A stretch of DNA of 48,691 bases from Polymyxa betae A26-41 (lineage: Eukaryota > Protista > Endomyxa: Phytomyxea), in assembly GCA_003693705.1 (NCBI GenBank), contig RBZT01000618.1, positions 1 to 48,691 of the forward strand, read 5' to 3'. Below, piece by piece: positions 42,379-48,691 of the stretch. The notes beneath the pieces were generated by a model. It was given only the letters and a program-made list of their open reading frames with translations. It made no database searches and was not told the origin of the DNA. The first letter of the stretch is position 1. Each line of letters starts with the position of its first letter. The position numbers and the translations under genes were made by a program.

Positions 42379-43562
42379 ATGACAGATTCAAAGCAGATTC
42401 CAGTAGCGTCAGATGATAGCTATGGGCAGCTGATTCAGGCGTTAGATGAAGACTTAGATCAGGATTTCAGATCCAATGAATCTCCGGAAAACATCGAAGG
42501 CACCCCCGACACCGAAAACGCTTTGATCCAGGAAATGATTCCTGGGTTCGAAATTGGCGGTGCCGTTGATTTAGCTTTGAACCAGCTAAAATCAACAGTG
42601 AAGGTGCAGATTTGTGCACATTTTTTATGCTTGGCAGAGCCTTAGACCTAGTAGGGCCAGTTTGAACTGTTCCGTAATCAAGTTGTGGGGGCTTCCGAAC
42701 AGACGGTAGCAAGAATGACGAGCCAGCAACAAACAGAAATGCAAGATGCAAATATGAAGATCCAACAACTTAAAGAATTAGCGGCCAAGTTGCAGTTGTG
42801 CTACGATAGATCTGAAAACAGGGATGAACATCGTGTTTCAACGATGATTTTATTGGCTACTAAATGGGTAATGCCACAAATTCCTGTATTTCCATGTACT
42901 AATTGAACCTTCAAGCGCTCGGTTACGACAATGTCTCACAGCCTTCATATTTGGCTACAAGCTTACCGAAAACGTAAGCGTCTACAGTTTCTGGAATCCA
43001 CTTTTTCTGTACCTAAACACAATCGGACTTTAAAACGGAAATCGTTGAGATTATGGAAGAGGTCTTTAAATCGAATCCAGAAAGATAAACGAGAAGTAAA
43101 ATTCGCAGTTTCAGTCATCTTTCTGGTAATGAACAGCTTTTTAACAGGAATTATTCAAATCTCAACTAGATTTAGTATCAAGAAAATTGGTCACGACCTA
43201 TGAAGCCAATTTAGACGTCGTAAACGTTGCTTGCATTCGCTAAGTAGCATTTCTGATTTGAACAGTTGCGAGCTGAGCTTGTTGAAGCTAAGCGGCAAAT
43301 AGCGATGCTTGTTCAAAACAAGGATAAGATGGAAAGAGAAATGAAGCAAGCATTCCTTCGTTCAGTATGTAAGAAGAATCTTCATCTTTCACTTACTGAA
43401 AGGTCTGATTAATTCCTCCTAGCTGTTCTCAATCTGGAAGCGATGTCCATGTTCAACTCTCAGGTCGGAGAAGGCGAATCTCATGCGATGTCATGCGACG
43501 ATATCGAGCCACGAACCCAAATCCCTCAATCGCTACCAAACAATAAACTTAATCGGAACTAA
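42379..43562 (+). CDS. POC5: Centrosomal protein POC5 homolog, multi-exon
   Basis: Coiled coil, Sfi1-like W-containing segments, and C-terminal MEREMKQAFLRS..VLNLEAMSMF matching the POC5 motif MKKAFMRGVCALNLEAM. Confidence 0.75.
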
Positions 43563-43801
43563 CATCCTGTCAATTTGAATTATCAGGCACGTTTGTCGGA
43601 TTGATTGAATTGATCCAGTTTCAAACACATCATCTTGCTGCATTCATTCCGAACCTGATCGTGAGTCATGTTCCGTTCAGTGATCCGGCACTGTTCAGAT
43701 CCACGACAAGCTGTCGCCACTGATGACGTGGCTCATAATTCAATTACGACTCTAAAACGCATCAGAACTCATTTTAGAAAACCCCACGAACCAAGTTCAG
43801 C

Positions 43802-45274
43802 ATGCCTGCCCCTTCTACTAACCAGATCCAGCGTAATGTCACCATCGACGACACAGAATCAGGACACCAGACCCGTCGTGACTCGTCGTCTGATGAAGAA
43901 TGGCAAGCAGGCGCTCAGACTACTCAGAGCTCTGAGACCCGACAAGCCATCGCTAAGAAGATGAAGCAGATCAACACAGCTGCTGCCGAAGCTAAGAATG
44001 CCGCCCTTGAGAAGAAAGAGGTTACATTTGCGAACGGCATGGAGAAGAAAAATGATGCCCAAGCGAAGATGCAAGACAGGCTAAAAAGCGCTACAGAAGC
44101 GGCTTCTCAAAAGGCCGAAAAATCAAAGCAGCTTATGGGTAAGGCAGAGAAAGCTTTGGAAATTAAATCTGAAGCGGTCTCTAAAGCCGAAGAAACCAAG
44201 GCCGTCAATGCTAAGGTCGAGGAGCAGAAACAGAAAGCAATGGAGGTGAAACAGGCCGTGGCTGCCAAAGCCCAGGACGTTAAGCAGGAGGCTATACAAA
44301 AGAAAGAAGCAGCCATTGCTAAAGCCGAAGAGACTAAGAAGATGATGGAATCTAAAGCAGCTGAAGCACAGAAGACCATCAAGGAACAGAAAGAGGCAGC
44401 TCTCGAGATGAAAGAAAAATCTATTGAGAAGGCGAAAGAAACCAAAAAGGTGGTCGACGCCAAGGTCGCCGAAGCCAAGGCAGCAGTAATGGAACAGAAG
44501 AAGGCTATGGAGAAATCGGCAAACGAGCTGCAGAGCACGATCAAGAACCAGAAGGAAGCGATTGCTCAATCTGCCGCCGAAGTGTCGGAGCAAGTCCATG
44601 GCGCCTATAACGATATCAGCGGCGCTTTGGCTCCTGTCATCAGTGCTGGATCTGAAATGAGAAAGCGTATGCCCCGTAAACGTGTGATGGTGGCTGGTCT
44701 GGGTGTTGCTGCTGCTGCTGCTGCTGGTATCGGCTACTGGGTCTACAAGACCTATTATGCTGATGGATCCGAAAGCGTCGATCTGGTCGCTGAAGATGCT
44801 GGTTCTTCGTCATGGACTTTGTCGTCTTGGTTCGGATCAAGCGGTGAATCGCAAAGCGCTGCAACTGCTGCCGAAGCACCACAGACTGGCTTGTTAAGCT
44901 CCTGGTTAGGAACTAACCCTACCTCAACTACAACAGGAGATGCTGGTGCTGTCAGCGACGAAGCTACAACCCTGCTGTCAAGCGTCGCGAGCTTGTTGGA
45001 TACCGAGAAGGCGGCCGAGGCTCTAACGAATGTCCCGGAAATTGCAGAAGCAGCTGCAGGAGCCGCCATGAAAACAGTCGAGGAGGTCTTGAATAATGAG
45101 GAAGTCCAGACTGCTCTGCGAGGAATTACTCGAGGTGTGTTCAGTTTGGAACCGTTTGCTGATCTCATCGACTGACTTTATGACTCAGAGTTCTTCACTC
45201 AACTTGATGTCTTGACTGGAATCTTCGCTGAGCAACAAAAGGGCATTATGACATACCTGAGCGGACGAAAATAA
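43802..45274 (+). CDS. K/E/A-rich LEA-like coiled-coil protein with one TM segment
   Basis: Long amphipathic KAEE/AK repeats and a TM segment VMVAGLGVAAAAAAGIGYWVY. A probable terminal 54-nt intron (45135-45188) extends the frame to TAA at 45274. Confidence 0.75.
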
Positions 45275-45375
45275 CCATCTTCACAGACTTTGGGTCGGTC
45301 TAGAAAGCTTAAATACAGTTTTTAGACCAATTATTCGATAAATTCGTAGTGGACCCTAGAGATAAGATTCGTAGC

Positions 45376-47329
45376 TCAGTTTATATCAGCATTCACGATG
45401 TAGGCGATAACTTTATGCGATAAGACTGAAAGTTGATTCTAACCGAATTGCAAAATCCATTTAAAAAACTACCTTTTAACGATTGTATTGAGCCGGATTA
45501 GAACCTTGGTCCCTATAGATTGACAGTACAAGATTTGCAAAATACACTGCTGGTGGGCAATTTTCTACATGCTTCTCGATAAGCTCCCAGAGCCGACCCG
45601 ATTTTGGAATCATTGCGAGCTCGTTCGGAGCCGCATGCGATGACAGATCAGCTAAAATACGCCATTGGGTGTGCACATCAGCGCAAGACGGAGATGGCTG
45701 TTCCGGAAAGATGTGATCAAAATTAGGAGCCATGATTGCATACAGTTTTCGATATGAGTCAAACCAAGCTGCAAGGTCGTTAGCAGCAGGCATCGGATGT
45801 GATCTTAACATATGCCCAACTTTGCAAAAGCAAAGAATAAGAACAGAACCAGCCAATGATCTAACGGCACATTAGAAAGAGGAAGAAGAGATAAATAACG
45901 GCCTCGACCTAGCAATTTGAAATACATTTTCAGTATTATGAGAGCTGCTTAGAAACAGGATCAGCAAGCTGATGATTTGTGTAGGCGACCAATGTTCCAA
46001 GTGCTTTTCCAGCACGGTGCCAAATTGCGCATCGATGGAAGAGAAATCAGTTGGGCATGCAAATAGCGCCATACGCGCCATCATGACATGCACGATCAGA
46101 TATACCTAAGCGCGACGTTCATATATGAAAAAACTGAACAAAACAAAAAACTTAATTACCTGTTCTGGCTGTAAACACATCAAGGAGCGGAGAATCAGGT
46201 TTCGTCCTTTAGACAAGTTCCCGTATTTGAAGATCTGAAGATATTTAGACTGGAGTGAGGAGAAATGGTATCAGGTACAATATGGTTCTGGTCAGGAGGA
46301 GGCACAGGAAACTCCTGTGAGATAGGTACACCGTTCGCATCTACAATCTCGTTGATTCCCAAATGTTCAAGTAGGCGTTTTCCAAGTTTCACTCTGATAC
46401 ATCAGAAATAAGTGCCAGGAAGTATTGAACCGCAAACTGATTACCTTTGCAAATTCAGCATTCGCTGATTAGCTGCTTCTTGAGCAGAAGTCGACGGGAA
46501 TGATAGCAGCAAATTATCAACATCCTCGACATCCATAATACATCGAATTCCCTCCTCAATAAGATAATGCAACGAGAACCGAGCGAACATAAATCTTCTC
46601 GGCCCACCGATAGCGCTGAGGTGGGACGGCGACTTCATAATTGGCGATTTCGGGTCCTCAGATGACTTCGAAGAACCCTATTCGGAACCGATTAGCATTG
46701 ATATCTTAGAACCCATTATAGATCATACAGAAAGATGCAAGAGTGTTCGAGGCTTCCGGAATGTGCCGAGAGCAACACGACCCAGCGTTCCTTCTGGCAA
46801 GATTGGCGTCCCATCAGCATTCCTAAACCGATTGACAACCATCGGTCCTGAAATTTCGATTCCTGGAAGGCCGACGCCCTTCCACGGTCCACCTTGGCGG
46901 GCCGTATACACTTGATAGTAGAAATCATCGTCCATAGGGTTTTTGGTCTGCAGCGATTGCAGCGAATGGCGAATGACAACAGAAATTTCAGCATGCGACA
47001 TGAACTTAAACCGTTCTTTCGGTAAAGGAATATAAACAGATTTGAAATATGGTCGCTCAGTCTTCTCTTTTTCTTTCTTTTCTGATCCATCTATCGCTGA
47101 TTGGATAGCTTGTACAATCAACTACCAAAATCATACCTATAGATTGCGGCGAGGACGGGCTCGACTCGTGATTTGCTACAGCGCTATCATCGGTTTTCGA
47201 TTCGACGACGGGCTCGACAGCAGATGCATCAGAGACATCGAGTGTCCCAAAAACTGATGTCAGTATGCCCTCGAAATCCATCTCCAGAGCATCATCATCA
47301 TTGTACGACGGGCCAGACAGGCCATTCAT
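45376..47329 (-). CDS. PAT1: Pat1 mRNA decapping activator homolog, multi-exon; ends approximate
   Basis: FMSHAEISVVIRHSLQSL..NPMDDDFYYQVY and LGRVALGTFRKPRTLL match Pat1 middle-domain motifs. Confidence 0.8.
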
Positions 47330-47459
47330 GGATGGGCTTTAGAATTGCCTCAATATAGTCCAGCTGTTAAACAAAAGTGACTGACCTCGTTAGTTAATCG
47401 GAGGGACGAGATGGTCTGCGCAACTATCTCATTTATATGTAATCTAACAGGATCTTTTA

Positions 47460-48374
47460 TTATGGCTCATTCCTTCCATTTTGTATCAGGATATCGTATT
47501 CGCGTTCATCGCCAATCTCTCGCGCTTTCAAGCTCATATCAGTTAGGGTTTTGAGATTTTTGGCAATTTTGGACGCCACCAAGATCACATTGCCATTCCT
47601 GCCCAATTCGCTGACGCCAAATTCATAGAAGAAACTGTTAATAGTTCCAAGTGAACGCGTCACTCGATCTTTGTGTCCTTCTGGCATGAAAACATTCGAT
47701 ATGAACATCCCGTCGATGTTTAAAACGCGATGAATGTTCTGCATATATTCGCGGTCGTATATGAATCCAGGTACATCAGCATCGTCATACATGTCTTCGA
47801 TGACAACGTCAAATTGCTCTGACCGCTTAGATTTCAGAAACTCTTCGGCGCTTTGCTGAACATAGCGAACATGAACTCCATCGTCCGGCTGAACAAATTG
47901 TCGAACAATTCGAAGTGAATCTGGGCTGATATCAACAGCTGTCAATTTGCAGTCACGAATACGTGTGATAGCCAATGCTGGAACCGATCCACCTCCTAGA
48001 CCTAACAAAAGTATATTCCGACGTCCGAACTTTTTCAGTATTTGCAAAATTCGTTCGATATATGGTGATCTGGAGATGCGATGCTTCAGGTCGAGATAGC
48101 TTTGCACTACCAATCCATCCGAATCATCTGTCTGCGTAGCAAGAACAGCAAATATCGATGGATTGAGCTTAGAACGGATAGCTGTAAGCTGAGGTCCGCA
48201 ATAGACACACTCGAAGCCTTCCGGAGGAGGTCGGCAATCGTTAGCTGAGTTTAGATATTGCCAAGCAGCAATCGATACGGCTACTGAACAGAAAGTGGAC
48301 AGAATTAGAATACGACCGGCTTGGCTGACTGATGACGGCGCCTGCGATCGTTGGAGTGACTGCGACGTCGCCAT
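47460..48374 (-). CDS. Class I SAM-dependent methyltransferase, spermidine-synthase-like, with N-terminal TM anchor
   Basis: ILLLGLGGGSV (motif I), AVDISP, FDVVIED, L..DGMFISN. Intronless, 304 aa. Confidence 0.85.
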   Translation of the reverse strand: MATSQSLQRSQAPSSVSQAGRILILSTFCSVAVSIAAWQYLNSANDCRPPPEGFECVYCGPQLTAIRSKLNPSIFAVLATQTDDSDGLVVQSYLDLKHRISRSPYIERILQILKKFGRRNILLLGLGGGSVPALAITRIRDCKLTAVDISPDSLRIVRQFVQPDDGVHVRYVQQSAEEFLKSKRSEQFDVVIEDMYDDADVPGFIYDREYMQNIHRVLNIDGMFISNVFMPEGHKDRVTRSLGTINSFFYEFGVSELGRNGNVILVASKIAKNLKTLTDMSLKAREIGDEREYDILIQNGRNEP

Positions 48375-48691
48375 CTGACAAATGACGGCCCGAGCATCGA
48401 TTTCTGGAACGAAAAAACGGAATCTAAAATGCGAATAATCACTGTCATTATTCCATTTTTAGAGCAAGTGCACCGCGCACAATTATCATTATCATTATCA
48501 ATAAAGTAATGATGAATTTAATGATTGCGACATCCACCGGTAACCTTTAAACATTATCCCAGGCATCACAATTTAATGAATCATTAAACCGCGCATTAAA
48601 TCTGATCGTCGATTTGATATTGTAGAATCGCACCATGCAGACGACAGAGATCGGTGACATCGCGGCTCGTCGGAAAGGCAAACAGCCAGGA

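Noticed and set aside
44107-45168. Long antisense ORFs over the LEA-like gene
   Set aside because: Expected shadows of biased K/E/A codon usage.
45173-45274. Stop-codon readthrough: TGA-C followed by 32 sense codons
   Set aside because: A 54-nt GT..CTGAC..CAG intron (45135-45188) removes the TGA in frame, which is the simpler explanation.

Overview
Eukaryotic nuclear DNA from a gene-dense microbial eukaryote with many short GT-AG introns (mostly ~35-55 nt). A POC5 centriole gene implies a centriole-bearing, probably flagellated stage. The style resembles a plasmodiophorid (Phytomyxea), but that is inference only. The left end (1-7.1 kb) is an accessory zone with three different PIF/Harbinger elements stacked end-to-end at one TAA target site, about 200 bp downstream of tRNA-Gly(GCC). 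It also holds a GPI-anchored mucin-like gene and a truncated Ulp1 protease. Next come a large BEACH-WD40 gene and two paralogous short VAMPs flanking a B12D/NDUFA4-like gene. A second accessory island (19.4-28.6 kb) contains orphan genes, a perfect 20-bp hairpin with G-rich repeats (possible Helitron-type end) and a putatively secreted RING-H2 E3 ligase. The right half is mostly housekeeping: HMG-box, GPH/MFS_2 transporter, two DUF676 lipases, CW+ARID protein, prefoldin 6 (preceded by a candidate structured ncRNA), PP2C, alkaline ceramidase, POC5, LEA-like protein, Pat1 and a SAM methyltransferase. Exon boundaries were assembled by eye, so gene ends are approximate where stated.
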